This document shows, piece after piece, positions 23,940-38,108 of a DNA stretch of 64,000 nucleotides. The position numbers and the translations under genes were made by a program. The notes under the pieces were generated by a model that saw nothing but the letters and a program-made list of their open reading frames with translations, made no database searches and was not told the origin of the DNA. Positions within the stretch are counted from its first letter, which is position 1; every line of letters starts with the position of its first letter. This DNA comes from Carcharhinus amblyrhynchos (lineage: Eukaryota): assembly GCA_965287045.1 (NCBI GenBank), contig OZ336871.1:128340001-128404000 (forward strand), written 5' to 3'.

Positions 23940-25730
23940 ACTTCCAATGCAGTTTAAACAAAGTTTCATATATCTGCAACATGATTTCCCAACTCTTGTA
24001 CTCAATGCCCCAGCTGATGAAGGCAAGCATGCCATATGCTTTTTGAATCATCTTGGCCACCTGTGTTGCCACTTTCGGGGAAATGTGGACCTGTACACTC
24101 AGATCCCTCTGTATGTTAATGTTCCTAAGGTTTCTGTCATTAACAGTATAATTCACACCTAAATTTGATCCCCCAAAATGCATCACCTCACATTTGTCTG
24201 GATTAAATGGCATCTGTCATTTAGTTTCCAATCTGTTGCATATTCTGACAATCCCCACCACTAACGGCAACTCCACCAATCTTTGTGTCATCTGCATACT
24301 TACTAATCAGACCCTCCCACTTTCCTATATATATACATATACTACAAACATGGGGTGGGGTGAGCAAATGGAATGGAGTGCCCAGATACAGAGTCATAGA
24401 ATCCCTACAGTGCATAAATAGGCCAATCGGCCCATCAAGCTTGGACTGACAACAATCCCACCCAGGCACTTCCTCCTCTGATATGTTGACATTTTCTAGA
24501 GCGTTCTCACACCCATCCCTGACCTCAGTGTCCATCATGTCCTTCTCTTTGGTGAATACCAATACAAAGTACTCATTAAGGATCTCACCCACTTCTAGCG
24601 GGATGTTATGCACACATAACATCCCTCCGTTGTCCTTGAGTGGGCCTACTCTTTCTTTTGCTACCCTCTTAGTCCTAGTAAATGTGTAAAAAGCCTTGGG
24701 ATTCTAAAGATGAGCCCCTTTTAGCAGTCCTAACTCTGCACTTAAGATCCTTCCTACTTTTACTATACTCAAGGGCTTTGTTAGTTTTTAGATTCCAAGA
24801 CTTATCGTTTGCTTCATTTTTCTTTATGATTAAGCTTACAATTTCCCTTGTCATCCATGGTTCCAGAATCCTGTCATCTCTATCCTTCGTGTTTGCAAGG
24901 ACATGCCTGTCCTGCACTTCAGTCAACTGGCCTTTAAAAGCCTCCCACATCCAGACGTGGATTTGCCCTCAACTAGCCGCTCCCAATCCATATTCCCCAG
25001 TTCCTGTCTAATTTGGGTGTAATTGGCCATCGCTCAATTAAGCACTCTCACCTGAGAGCTACTCTTGTCCTTATCCATGACCACCCATAATCTTATGGAG
25101 TTATGGTCACTAAGTCCAAAATGCTCCCCCACTGAAACATCGATCACTTGGCCTGGCTCCTTCCCCAGTATCAAGTCTAGTATGGTCCCCTCCCTAGTTG
25201 TATTGTAAACATACTGTGTCAAAAACCGTCCTGGATACATATGAGAAATTGCTGTTCAGACAAACAGAGCAGCACGGTGGCACAGTGGTTAGCACTGCTG
25301 CGTTACTGCTCTAGGGACCGGAGTTCGATTCCCGACTTGGGTCATCATCTATGTGGAGTTTGCATATTCTCCCTGTGTTTGCGAGGGTTTCCTCCAGTTG
25401 CTTCGGCTTCCTCCCACTGTCCAAAGGTGTGCAGATCAGATTGATTGGATATGCTAAATTAACCCTTAGTGTCCCAGGATGTGATAGGTTAGAGGCATTA
25501 GCAGGGTAACTAAGCAGGGATAGGCTGGGGTGGGATTGTTGTCAGTGCAGACTCGATGGGCCAAACAGCACCCTTCTGCACAATGGGGTTTCTTTGATTT
25601 CTATCTGAGCTCCTGGCTGTAAGGGTGCCCCAGTCCATATGGGGGGAAGTTAAAGTCACCCACCACAACTACCCTGCTTTTTTTTTTCACACCTTTTCAG
25701 TATCTGACTACACAACTGCTCCTCTTCTCT
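23940..25730 (-). mobile_element. Internally deleted CR1 LINE (EN-linker and RT pieces) with a + strand HE1-like SINE at 25268-25605
   Basis: Peptides TREGTILDLILGKEPGQV...SDHNSI, WEAFKGQL...PWMT, ILNEYFVLVFTKE, ISKYADDTKIGG, FNPDKCEVMHFG. Confidence 0.9.
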
Positions 25731-26169
25731 ACTCCGAGGGCATAAATGTGTCCTCAGCTCTTATGCTTCCAAGTAATTTGTCATGTGCACACGAGTGGAT
25801 ATACCATCGTATCTTGTCTCAGCTCGCAATGTAAACTAAGTGAGGCTATCACCAGCTTCACCTGATGTAGTTAGGGGACATCATCCCTCCAATTGCATGG
25901 ACCAATGGAAGAAGCAGATGATCCTAGTAAGATGACAATGGCTTTGAAGGTGTACACTAACAAATCATGAGACACATCCAGGAGACTCATTTGACGAAGA
26001 AGACTTGTGACCAATCTCCTCAGATTCGGACCCTGTCACCCCTTACTTAGAACGAAATGTAGTCATAAAGTGCTGTAACTTACAGTTGAAGGGACTTTCA
26101 CAACATTGCATCCAACTTTGGGCAAGTGGAAGGAACGGTTAATGATTGCACAACATTCAGTTCTATCCC

Positions 26170-27335
26170 CAGTTCCACAGATAATGAGGCAGTCCTGACA
26201 AACATATCATAAGACGTAGACAACAACCAGGCTTAGGATGATAAGTACAAGTAACATTCATATTACACAAACGCCAAACAATGACTACCTCCAACTAGAG
26301 AGAGTCCAGTCACCTCCCCATGACGTTCAATGGCATCATCAGCATCAAATCCCTGTTGCCTTGGAAAAGCAGTCAGCATAGTTAAGGACCCCACGCATCC
26401 TGGATATTTTCTCTTCCGCTTTCTTCCATCGGGAAAAAGATACAAAAGTCTGAGGTCATGTATCAACCAACCCAAGGACAGTTTCTTCCCTGCTGTCATC
26501 ATGGGCGTACCTCGCACTAAGTTTATCTTTCTCTACACCCTAGCTCTGACTGTGACACTACGTTCTGCACTCTCTCCTTTCATTCTCTCTGAACTGTATG
26601 CTTTGTCTGTATAGTGCGCAAGAAACAATACTTGTCACTGTATACTAATATATGTGATGATAATAAATCAAAGCAGTATCCTGGGTGGGTTGCATTTGGC
26701 CCAAAACTCAATTAGCCCACCTACATGAACACCATAATTATGAGAGCAGGTCAGAGACTGGGTGTTCTGTCATGATTGACTCATCTCTCAACTTTCTCCC
26801 ACTGCCCACAAGGTAAAACCACATCCCATTTTCAGGAATGTGATGGGATACACTCCTCTGTTATGATGGCTACAGCAGTAAGAGCACTGAAGAATCTTGA
26901 CACTATTTAGGACAGAACTGTCTACTCAGTCAGTAGCCCATTGATCACCTTAAACATCCATTGCAATCTGTCACTGGCAGACTGTGGGTGCAGTGTGCAC
27001 CTTCTGTAGAATGTGCCAAAGCAATGTAATCACCATTGTTTGACAATATTTCTGAAACTTGTGGACCCCCAGCATCTAGGAGGACAAGAGTAGTAGGTGC
27101 ATGAGTATACCATTCCCTTCCAAGTTTTACACTGTCCTGACTTGATCAGATATTGCTGCTGCTTCATGATTGCTGGGTCAAAACCTTGGAACTCATACCT
27201 AAAATTATTATAGGAGTATATTCACCACGTGGACTGTAGCAGGTCAAAAGGCACTTTTTCAAGGGCAACCAGGGACATGCAATACATGTCAACCACTCAA
27301 CCATGATGCACATAGCCTACTGCTTAATATTGTTT
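26170..27335 (+). mobile_element. Decayed LINE-B with an inserted Rex1/Babar-like LINE 3' end (~26352-26672)
   Basis: Insert peptide KAVSIVKDPTHPGYFLFRFLPSGKRYKSLRS...KDSFFPAVI is typical of Rex/Babar ORF ends; the flanks match LINE-B. Confidence 0.75.
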
Positions 27336-27853
27336 AAAAAGATGAGATGTTAAACCGAGGCCCCATCTGCCCACTTCTATGATTAGGGTGTACTGGCACT
27401 AAATGGATGGCAGTGGTTCAGGAAGGCAGCTCACCACCAGCACCTCAAAAGCAATTAGTAATGGGCAACAAATGCAGGCTGAGTCAGAGACGCCCACATC
27501 CCATGAAAGAATATTTAAAAAAAAACTCTCTACACTATTGAAAAATAACTTGAGTTCTCTGATGTCTTGCCAACCTCTCAAACAGAGCCATAGAAACAGA
27601 TTACCTAGTCATTTACCACTTTCCAGTATTACAAGAGTGAAATACTTCAGAACTATTTTATTTCAACGGTGAAATTTTTTCATGAGTATATGAAAGTTAC
27701 TATATAAATGCATACTTTTAAAATTCTTCTGCATTTGACATTTGCTTAAGCAAATTCTAAATTACCTGGGTAAGACTGATGATCCACTTTTTAAAAGTTA
27801 TTTGAATTTGCTATTTTGCAGTATTTTAAGCTGTCTTTAATATTTACCTTTAG

Positions 27854-27964
27854 GTGGCACTTGTTTTTCCAAACAATGACCCTGCGGCTTTTATGGTTGC
27901 ATTTTATGGTTGTCTGTTGGCAGAGGTAGTTCCTGTTCCTATTGAAGTGCCTCTTACGAGAAAG
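27854..27964 (+). CDS. DIP2C: DIP2C coding exon (111 nt, phase 0/0): VALVFPNNDPAAFMVAFYGCLLAEVVPVPIEVPLTRK
   Basis: Acceptor tttacctttag|GTG, donor AAG|gtaaga. Adenylation-domain-like GDRVALVF...VPVPI segment. Confidence 0.96.
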
Positions 27965-28434
27965 GTAAGACCTTCATTTTGTAAAGCATGGTAAATACTC
28001 TATTCTTCGGTCACAGCCGTTGATTTAAAAAAAGTCATCTTAGAATGTGCGGAAATTAATTATCCAAGTCACTACTCACCAGGAGGAGGGGGTCACCGCC
28101 AGTCAATGATCTAATCTGACTCAGATCATCTTTAACATTATTATTTTCCCGATTCCAGTTATTAACTTCCCAAAGGGACTAATTTAGAATAGTAAAAACA
28201 GGAAACACAGCTTTGTCAGCATTTGCAAGAAAAGACTGCTTAACATTTTGAGTTTAGATTACCTGTCAGACTGGAAATGGAAAATAAAAATCTGTTTTAA
28301 TACAGCTGAACGAAATACAAGTAGGGGATGGCAGAGGGGCGAGGGGTGGCTTGGAGAGAAGGATTGATGTTTAAGCGTATATGCAAAGAGGTTCTGTTGA
28401 AAATCTAAAAGTGATAAAAAGAAAATGGTATAAG

Positions 28435-28742
28435 ATTTAAGTTTATATATTAGTGTCACAGGTAGGCTTACGTTAACACCACAATGAAGTTACTGTGAAA
28501 ATCTCCTAGTCGTCACACTCCAGCGCCAGTTTGGGTACACTGAGGGAGAATTTAGCATGGCCAAGGCACCTAACCAGTATGTCTTTCAGACTGTGGGAGG
28601 AAACCGGTGCACCCAGAGGAAACCCACGCAAACATGGGGAGAACATGCAAACTCCGCACAGACAGTGACCCAAGCTGGGAATTGAGCCGGGTCCCTGGCA
28701 CTGTGAGGCAGCAGTGCTAACCACTATGTCTCCATGCTGCCC
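28435..28742 (-). mobile_element. Near full-length HE1-like SINE (tail type B)
   Basis: Complete head (gggcagcatggagacatagtggttagcactgctgcc on -), core and tail. Confidence 0.9.
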
Positions 28743-29642
28743 TTGTATGAAAATCATTAAGTCATAAAAATGTTAAAATCAGGAAATTGGTTAATCAAAT
28801 GCAGGAAAGCTGCAATGGGAAAAGTTGGTGTTGAAGATTAATAGCTCGCTACTAGATGTCAAAACAACAGCCTAGGTTCAGACTCCGTCCACTAGATTAA
28901 GTAACATTGGTATGTCTTATCCTGCTTTCTTTAGTTTTCCAATGTTCCCCTCTTTGCATTATTTCTACACTGCATCTATTGTGAATTGTTGCAGCTTTCT
29001 TTCCTGGACCTCTGACCAAAATTTAATTCTCTTTGTTCTGAGGATGTTTTTTAACCCCCCTCTGGCTAAAATTCCTGTACGTGATGAATAAGGCACTGTT
29101 ACAGCACCAACTCCCGCCCCCCCTGCCTAAAAAGTGAAGGTAACAAAACTTGAAGCATAAAAGCTGCAACTGTTTGTTGAAGCCTGAGGCAAAAGCAGAA
29201 GATGCCTGAAACACTCAATTGGATCAGTCAGCGTCTGTAGAGAGATTAATATTGCAATTATAGATTCTTTATCAGACCCTTTGTTTGAGCACCTGAAAAA
29301 TTGACCCCTCAGTTCTCTGCACAGCTCTGGATGTGGGAAAATTTGAATTTGACAGAAACGAGAAGAATGTTATTTGTATGATTATTGGCTGGAAGTATAG
29401 CTATACATTACTGCGTCAGATTAACATCTTTGTTATCAGCTTTGCAACATTGATTTGCAAGAGAAATAGCCACGAATTTCAAATTGCCTTCTTAAATTAT
29501 CCTTCATTTTTGTATTTCTTAAAATTGCATTAGTTTTCTGGGATTATCTGACATCATTTAAAACACATAAAACATTCTCCTTCTTTGGGATATTTTACTG
29601 TATTTTTATGAACAATTTGAAAACGGCACCACGTTTTTATAT

Positions 29643-29757
29643 AAAAGCAAATCACTGCAGAACCTGAAACAAAAACAGAAAATGCTGGAAAATGTCTGAC
29701 AGCATCTGTAGAGAGAGAATAGAGCCATTGTTTCGAGTCTGGATGACCCTTTCTGGC
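29643..29757 (-). mobile_element. Penelope pLTR fragment (similar fragments at ~28195-28315, 29155-29280, 35005-35140, 54243-54430)
   Basis: aaagcaaat..ctgc..gaaacaaaaacagaaaatgctggaa...tttcgagtctggatgaccct; reverse complement gggtcatccagactcGAAA. Confidence 0.7.
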
Positions 29758-30631
29758 ATATTTATAATTACTTCTGTTCGATAAGAAGCTTGCCTGAAAT
29801 TTCTTAATGTGGCAATAACTAAAATATGTGTCAACAAGCAAGTTGGAAAATGTTGTTTACGTTTGTTGTAGAATCATTAAACGTCACTTCAGTGGAGATG
29901 TTGCTCCAAATGATTACAAGCTTATTGGCTGCAGTAATATGAACAAGAGCATAGCTGATTAAACTATATGTAATGAACTAGCTGTGCACTTGATAGCAAG
30001 TAACTTCCCCAGAAATGAATATAGCAGAATTCTGGATTTAAGAAAATTGTACTCTTCCAGCACGGGCTATACAGTAAAATGGAGCTAATTGCAGCCTAAT
30101 GAAGTTCTGCACATTAGAAAACTTAATGTGTTGACCTCTGGAGCCTCGACTAATGTACCTTCAACTGAGGTTCTTCTGGCCTCCTAACATGTTCTCTATT
30201 GATAGATGCAACTGCAAAGTTATTCGTCCATGTTTGCACCAGAGCATTATTTGTTTCAAGCTATAAAACCTGGTCAAAGCAGCAGCCTGGTGTCCATTCT
30301 TGCTGAGTGAACCCAGTGAATGTTTGAAAGGCTGTCCTACAATAGGGTGCACCACACCTGAGGCTGATCCTGCTGTCCTAAACCTGTGCACTCACTAGCA
30401 GGAAATTACTAAACGTATATTTCTTCGGAGTCATATTTACTCCTTTGTGTCTTGGTTGAGTGGTGGGGGTGTGGGGGGGCGGAGGGGGTGGTGGTGGTGG
30501 TTTTTGCACAATTTGACGGCTCTGTGAACCTTCCTTTTCTGCATGGCATGATCTTGATTTCATGATTAACAGGACCAAGAGGATGGCCAAGGAATTGTGT
30601 GTATGAACTTAGCCTTGATTCACAGAGGTCT

Positions 30632-30694
30632 GGGAGAGTTTGGGAGGTGGGGGGGGGGGGGGGGGGGAGCTGGTGTAGGGGGGGGGGAGGGGGG
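30632..30694 (+). repeat. G-run cluster including G19 (30649-30667); G-quadruplex potential
   Basis: Direct reading; a second G-rich patch lies at 30460-30500. Confidence 0.8.
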
Positions 30695-31959
30695 AAGCAC
30701 ACTAAAGACGTTAAATTAGCCAGAGATCCAGGACCCTTATCTAGGAACCCAGAATTTTTCTAGGCTGCTCCATGCTGGAAGAATATTACATTGTTTTAAA
30801 AAATGTAGGTGTAGTTTGAAACAAAATAGTGTCTCAGGCAAGAATTTCTCATTTGTTGCCAAGCATTAAAAAAATGTAGGCTATGGGATACTGCAGTTTT
30901 AAATGTAAGTTTTAATCTTGTACCACCTTTTGGATCAGAGCTGCTATATTTTGGAACAACTTGCTCATTCCATGAACATTGCGTATCATTTCGGGCAAAC
31001 ACTTGTGTTCTGGATTTCAGACAGTTTAGCTGAGGAGGGTGACAACAGCACTGGTTTACCCTTGCTGTGAAGTTGCAGTATAATGCCTACTGCAATGTCA
31101 GTCTCTTGCTTTGTCGCATTATTACTGCATTTGGTTTCAGTTTGTGGAAAATTAAGCTCTCACAACTGATCTACAAAAGATTGGACCATAATTACACACC
31201 ATCTGTTTCCCACATACTGCTTGTGTCCCACTGGGATAGAAGTGTTATAAATACATTATTAACTAATCTGATGCAAAATGATGTCTGGAAATTATTCCAT
31301 TTTAAATGTAGCAAAGTGCTTTTAACTGCCACGTAAAGTAACCACAACTCCCAAGATCAGAATTTTTTTTTAAATTGTACAGCTGTGTACTTACCAACTG
31401 TTTCCAAGCTCTCTCACCTTTGCACCGTTGCATAGCTTCTCCCATTTTTCTTGAACATGGTGAAACTTGCTGTTCATGCTTTCCCCTTCCTCAGCCTTTC
31501 TCAGCCTTCTGCCATTTTCCTGTCCTCAGGCTATCTTGCTGCAAACCTGCTAACGTATGTGTTCTCAGTGGAGGCACACTCGATGCCTTCTCAGTCCAGG
31601 CACACACAACTTAGCATTGCTGTGTGACTGGTACAGACAAGCGAGAAAGAACCTCACTTAGTGCATATTAAACAATACAGGCTACCCCTATGTTATGTAC
31701 ACATACCATAAACAGTAACTGCATATATATTCAAGCACAATGAAACAGATTCCTACACAGTTTACGATTAATTAATATAAAATTACAACACATAAAATAA
31801 TTAATTACTTTGGGACTAAAATAGCAAAAACAATTTTAAAAATTTGAAAATGAACTTATTGGTGGTTGATTGGAAAACAGCATTAAATTATAAGATCATG
31901 TCAGTTTCCAAAATACAGCACAGGAACAGGCCCTTCGGCCCTCCAAGCTTGCACCGACA

Positions 31960-33680
31960 TATGATGATAGATGAGCAATAGCTGGTATTTAAGGGAAAAA
32001 TGCATAATTTATAACAAATGTACATTCCTTTAAGGCACAAAAGCCCCAGGAGACAGGTGAAATTGTAATGGGGACTCAGGAAATAGTAGAGATGTTAACC
32101 AAATATTTGTGTATCTGCCTTCATGGCAGAAGGTGCAAAGTCACTCCAGAAGTAACAAGACACCTAGGGCCTAGCAAGAATCAGGAACTTAAAGAAATAA
32201 GACTTTAGAAACTAATAGGACTGAGTGCTGACAAATCCTTTGGAACTCTGGGCCCTGCATTGTGGGTTTGCAAAGAGGTAGCTGCAGAGATAGTGAATGT
32301 ACTTGTTTCCAAAACTCCTTAGAATCAAGAACAGTTACAAAGGACTGGAAAGTAACACACTTTTACGAGGGGGAACATATTCTCCCTATCTACTCTGTTT
32401 TGCCCCCTCGTGATATTGAACAGTGCAAAACTCCAATCTGTCCAAGTTTCTCATCCCTGGAACCATTCTTGTTGAGATTGTTCTCCTTGGAGAGAAGAAA
32501 GCTGAGAAAAGATCTGATAGGAGATGCTGAAAATCATGAGGGGGTTGGACAGAGTAGACAGGGAGAAAATGTTCCCACTCGTAAAAGAATCAAGAACGAG
32601 AGGGCACAGATTTAAAGTGATTTGCAAAAGAAGGAAAGGTGATGTGAGAAACTACTTTTTCACACAGCGAGTGGTTAGGGTCTGGAATGTGCGACCTGGA
32701 AGTGCAGCGAAGGCAGGTTCAGCTAAGGCATTCAAGGCCATTAAGTGACTTCTTGAATAAAAACAATGTGCAGGGGTACAGGGAAGAGGCAGGAGAATGG
32801 CACTAAGCCATGATTCTCATTTGGAGAGCTGATGCAGACATGATGAGACAAAAGACTGCCTTCTGCACAATAACAATTCTGTGTTCTGTGATGTAAAGCC
32901 TGAAATTACCCATTTTGGGCAGAAAAGTGAAAAAAGCAGAATATTTTTTGAATTGGGAATGAATGGGAAATTGATGCACAGAGGAATCTGTGTGGCTTTG
33001 TGCGTGAATCACAGACAAATAACATACTGGTATAGCAAAATGTTAGGAAGGCAAATGGCATGTTAGTTTCTGTTCAAAAGGGACTGGAATCGAAGTGAAA
33101 AAATAGTCTTGGGATAATTATAAAGAGAATTAGTGAAACCACACCTCGAGTGTTCTGTGCCGTTTTAGTCTCCTTACTTTAGGACAGGCATACTTGCCCT
33201 GGAGGGTGTGCATTTCAGATTCACGGGGATCCTACCTAGGGTGAGAGGATGTGTTTTTTTTTGAGGAGATGTTAAGATGACTGGACATATATTCCCCAGT
33301 GTTTAGAAGAGTGAGGTGATTGACTGGGGACATATAAAATTCTTAGGGGATTTGACAGGGTGGGTGCTGAGAAGATGTCCCCCTTATTGGGGAACGAGAA
33401 CATGGGGTCACAGTCTCAGAATGAGGAGTTAGCCATTTAGGACTAAAATGAGGAGAGATTTCTTTAATGAAAGTGTTATGAATCTTTGGAATTCCATACC
33501 CATTAAGGATGTCAGCATGTTCAAGACAGGTTTTGATAGATTTTTGCATACTGAATGAATTAAAGAATATGGAGCTAGGGAGGGAAGATGGAATTGAGGT
33601 AGAAGATCAGCCATGATCTTATTTCATGGTGGAGCAGGCTTAAAATGGTCAGTCACTGCTCCTATATCTTATGTCCCCAT
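31960..33680 (+). mobile_element. Cluster of decayed and nested CR1 fragments
   Basis: LFSLERRKLRKDL, KIMRGLDRVDREKMFPLV...FFTQRVVRVWN; two CR1 3' ends (~32880 and ~33675). Confidence 0.85.
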
Positions 33681-36261
33681 GATGTGCAAAGGGACAGAGC
33701 GTGATTTAATCCTAGTTATAAAAGGGGCACGCTAAGAAATAAAATGAGAGTATCTCAAGATTTTCATTCTGTAAGTAAGATGGTGTGTGGGTGTGGTGGG
33801 GCGGGGGGCTGGAGTACATCAACGGTAGATTAAATGGTATCTAAGGTACAATCAGAATAACAAGTGGAAATGGAAAAAGACAGTACTAGATAACATAATA
33901 TTTGAAACAAAGAAATGCCCAAGTAAAACAGCTATTCGGAACATTTTGTTCAGTATGATTACTCCCCCACTAATTAGTGGAGATGGAGATATTTCTTTAA
34001 AGCGCAATAAATATGAAAAGTGTTAGCCTTATGGAATACGGTTTTCTCATTCTTGACTGTTCTTAGATTTTTGTACAGACTGAGGGGAAGAGCACTAAAA
34101 GACATGATTATCTGATAAGGAAGCCACAAACTAACTTTGATGGGTGGAGTAATTTCTTCAAAATGAGATAATTTGTGAAATTTGCTCCCACTTGGAGACA
34201 AGGTTGTCACTTGCTGATTCAGGGAAGAGTAATGAGAATTCGTTCAAAGTAGAAAAAAGATGAAACGTTTGTTTTTGATCAAGATCCAGATGACTGAATG
34301 ATCTGGATTGGTTGATGTTTTATAAGTTCAATATTCATGTTTTCTTCTCTAATGGTGTAATACCTTTTCCAGGTAACAATCTTTCATGAACTTAAAACTG
34401 CACACACTTGTCCTTTGTGCCCAAATAAAGCATGTTTAATTTGACATGTAATTCATTCTTGATCATGCATATTCAAACTTGTAGAATCTTACAACACAGG
34501 CATGGGCTTTTTGTTTATTCATTTAAGTGTTTATCAAGTCTTCTTAGGTGTTTTTGTCCACACAACTACCCAGTCAAATCCCTGTTTCCTACTTGCTCTC
34601 CATAGCTTATCATACTTCATTCTCAACTGATTACTATATCTAAATCTTTTGTTTTGTAATTAACAAACTTTCTTTTTATCTTCAAAGATTAATTAATCTT
34701 GACTCTGTTGGTGGGGGGTTAGGGGAGGGAAGGGAAGTGACTATGTGGGAACGCTAGTGCAGTGTAAGGAGAGGAAACATCTTGACAGTCTGTTTGGGAA
34801 ATAGAGCCTTTAAACACATTGGTTGTGAAATCCAATGCTGGGACGTCTGGATGGAGCATAACAGGCCATGACAAATTTGCCCATTTTATACTTGGCCTAA
34901 TTTTCTTTTCCATTGAAGTCTTTACCATTTGGGAAACTAGTTAGGCAGATATGTAACTTCCTTCCACCTGTCATGAAAACAGACAGTGAACACACAGCTA
35001 TTCAGATAAAGCAAATTACTGCGGATGCTGGAATCTGAAACAAAAACTGAAAATGCTGGAAAGCCTCAGCAGGTCGAACAGCATCTGTGGAGAGAGAGTA
35101 GAGCCAACATTTTGAGCCTGGAAGTTCCTTTGTCAGAGCTATTCAGTCCTCATTTATCAGTCTACCAAATATTATGGATCCTGAGCACGGACATCTAATT
35201 AATTGGATATGTACCGACTGCAGCATTATCTGACATAGAATGCAAACTATGACTGAATCGCTGCAGACACATAGTTTATAGTATCACGATCAACTAAAGA
35301 ACAACTCATGATGATGCTGATCCACCTTGTCAGCCTTAGCTCTGTTAGAAGCCATCAGTAAACTTGCTTACAAATAGCATGGTAAAAAAGAACTTGTGAT
35401 GGCGTCTATCCACCTTTAACACATCTGCTTGCTGATTGCCAGAGCATACAGGTACTAAACATGATAAAATGTTAAGAATCCTAAAAGAAAATCTGGGGCT
35501 CAGTTATCATAACCATGAGTCTTTATTTCCACTCACTAATGCAATCCTATCTGATCGGATGCAGAGATGGCCATTTAGTTCCTAACTCTAATCCCAGGCA
35601 AACAGATTCTACTGGGTTAGTGCTATTGTGAACAGGGCCACTCAAGTATTAAGTTAGTTCCTGGTCACACTGGGCGTCCAGCTTTCTCAGTTGGATGGGA
35701 TACAGGGAACATAAAATTTTCAAATTGCTTTTTTTAATATTGAGGTGAAAGAAACATAAGTTAAAATCCATATTGGGCTATGTTTATTTTAATCAGAAGT
35801 GTTCCTGAGCTCACTGCTGCAACTGCCCTGTTTTAACCTTCCTGCTCCCATCTCTGGAGCATTCATACCTTTTCTCAATCCCTGCTTGCCCCTCCTCTTG
35901 AGATCACTCTTCCATTCTTTCCATATGCCCTTCTCACTTCCAATGTCCTCATACCCACGATCTCTGCTCCCTCTGCACCAAGGCTATAATCTCCTCATCA
36001 ATGCCAGATTCCAACACCATACCTGTCAAAATTCAGACACAGAGCAGAATTTTCTGGCTGCACTCACACCAAAACTGGAAAATCCTTCCCAAGGTCAGTG
36101 GACCTTTGCATGGCCCACTCCCTGCCCACTCTGATTCCCATGGCAGGTGGGATGCGAAAATTCCCCATATAGTGTCCCAAACCTAGATGACTTTGCCCAT
36201 GATCCAAAGACTGCCGTCACCATTCTTGAACACCAACGCTAGACCATCTTGTTGCATTATT

Positions 36262-36810
36262 CTGTCCCCAAAGCCTATCCACCATCCACAAGACGTAAGT
36301 CAGGAGTGTGATGGAATATTCTCCACTTGTCTGGATGAGTGCAGCTCCAATAACACTCAAGAAGCTTGATGCCATCCAGGACAAAGCAGCCCATGTGATT
36401 CTTATCCCTTCCACAAACGTTCAATCTCTCCACCCCCAATTTACAGTGTGTATCATTTACAAGATGCCCTACAGAAACTCACAAGACTCCTTAGGCAGCA
36501 TCTTCCAAACCCATGACCACTACCATCAAGGACAAGGGCAACAGATACCTGGGAACACCACTACCTGGAAGTTCCCCTCCGAGTCGCACGCCATCTTGAC
36601 TTGGAAATATATCATTTTTCCTTCACTGCCACTGGGTCAGAATCCTGGAATTTCCTCGCTAACAGCACTGTGGTTATACTTACACCACATGGACTGCAGC
36701 AGTGCAAGAAGTCAACTCACCACCACCTTCTCAAGGGCAATTAGGTATGGGCAATAATTGCTGGCTTATCCAGCAATGCTTACATCGCATAAATGAATTT
36801 TTAAAAAAAC
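36262..36810 (+). mobile_element. LINE-B 3' fragment
   Basis: ORF 36308..36757 MEYSPLVWMSAAPITLKKLDAIQDKAA. Confidence 0.9.
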
Positions 36811-36909
36811 TTAACATTTTTCTCCTACTGTTCCCAGGTTACCTGACCTCTTGCAACTCTCCCCAGCGGTTTTCCATCCCAAACGCACTCCATCATCACC
36901 TTTGAAAAT

Positions 36910-37560
36910 GGAGGAGATGATGGTGTTGTGATGCCACTGGACTAGTAATCCAGAGGCTCAGGCTCTAATGCTCTGGGGATATTGGCTCAAATCCCACCAC
37001 AAGAACTGGTGGAATTTAAATTCAATAGTACATCTGGAATATCAATCTTGTCTGAGTCATGATGACCATGACAACTTCCTTCAGTTGTTGTAAATATCCA
37101 TCTGATTCACTTCTGCCCTTTAAGGAAGGAAATGTCCAGCCTCACAGCAATGTGTTGACTCTTAGATGTCCTCTGCAGTGGTCTAGCAAGTCACCTGATC
37201 ATCAGTAAAGTGGCGGAAGGGGCCATCAACTGAGCTATCAAGCGGCATTTACTCAGCAATAGCCTGCTCACGGTCGCTCAGTTCGGATTCTGCCAGGGTC
37301 ACTCAGCTCCTGGTTTCATTGCAGCCTTGGTTCAAACATGGGCAAAAGAGCTGAATGCCAGAGGTGTGGTGAGAATGATTGCCCTTGACACAAAGCAGCA
37401 TTTGACCAAGTGCGGCATCAAGGAACCCCAAAACTGAAGTCAATGGGTATCGGTGAATACGCTCCCTTGGTTGGACCTAGAATTTAAAAAAAAAATTCAA
37501 GGGCAATCAGGAATGGGCCTTGCTAGCCCAGCCAGTAACACCCACATCTCATGAAAGAAT
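36910..37560 (+). mobile_element. tRNA-derived SINE plus LINE-B RT fragment and tail
   Basis: SINE head as at 375; cagttcggattctgccagggtcactcagctcc (QFGF...HSA RT motif). Confidence 0.7.
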
Positions 37561-38033
37561 AACACAAGCAGAACTCTCATTCAACATATCTGGACACAAG
37601 ATTCCACTGTTTACGTACACCTCCACCCAGAAAGATCCTCCCCCTTAAAGCAATCCCTACATTCCCCATTACCATGTTCGCCTGTCCCTAGCTGACCCCA
37701 TTCCACCTTTCTCAGCCTCCCAGAGGCTAGGTTCACTATGCCAACGTTATCAAACATCAACCAAGATGCACACAATCCATGCAAGATGGATCTTCTTCCA
37801 CAGAGCTTTGTACTGTAGAGTGGGATTTTTTTTAAAACAGGTAAGAGGCAAGAGCAAATACAAACAAAATGTAGTCAAGGACACAGATTATATATATATA
37901 TATTTTTTTTACACATTCATTATGGAATCCCAAAAATACATGAATGCTCCCACAATACTGTTTAATAAAGACACAATTTGAGTTATTTAGTCGCCATCAG
38001 TCAGTGGCCCTGATAATGTATTGTACGTTACAG

Positions 38034-38108
38034 GAGATAAAACAACGTTTCCTCCGACTCACCGTGAGCAACGCCATGGGAGATCTGCTAGCTTTAATAA
38101 TAAAAATG
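38034..38108 (+). other. Candidate alternative DIP2C exon (75 nt, phase 0/0): EIKQRFLRLTVSNAMGDLLALIIKM
   Basis: ccctgat (branch-like)...ttacag|GAG...ATG|gtatgt. Length is a multiple of 3, the frame is open, the phase matches the host intron, and it contains GCCATGG. Confidence 0.35.

Noticed and set aside
25268-25340. tRNA gene-like sequences at SINE heads
   Set aside because: They run directly into SINE core and tail and lack a complete cloverleaf.
30649-30667. G19 run as a functional element
   Set aside because: Homopolymer length is error-prone and the run lies in a repeat-like G-rich patch; listed only as a simple repeat.
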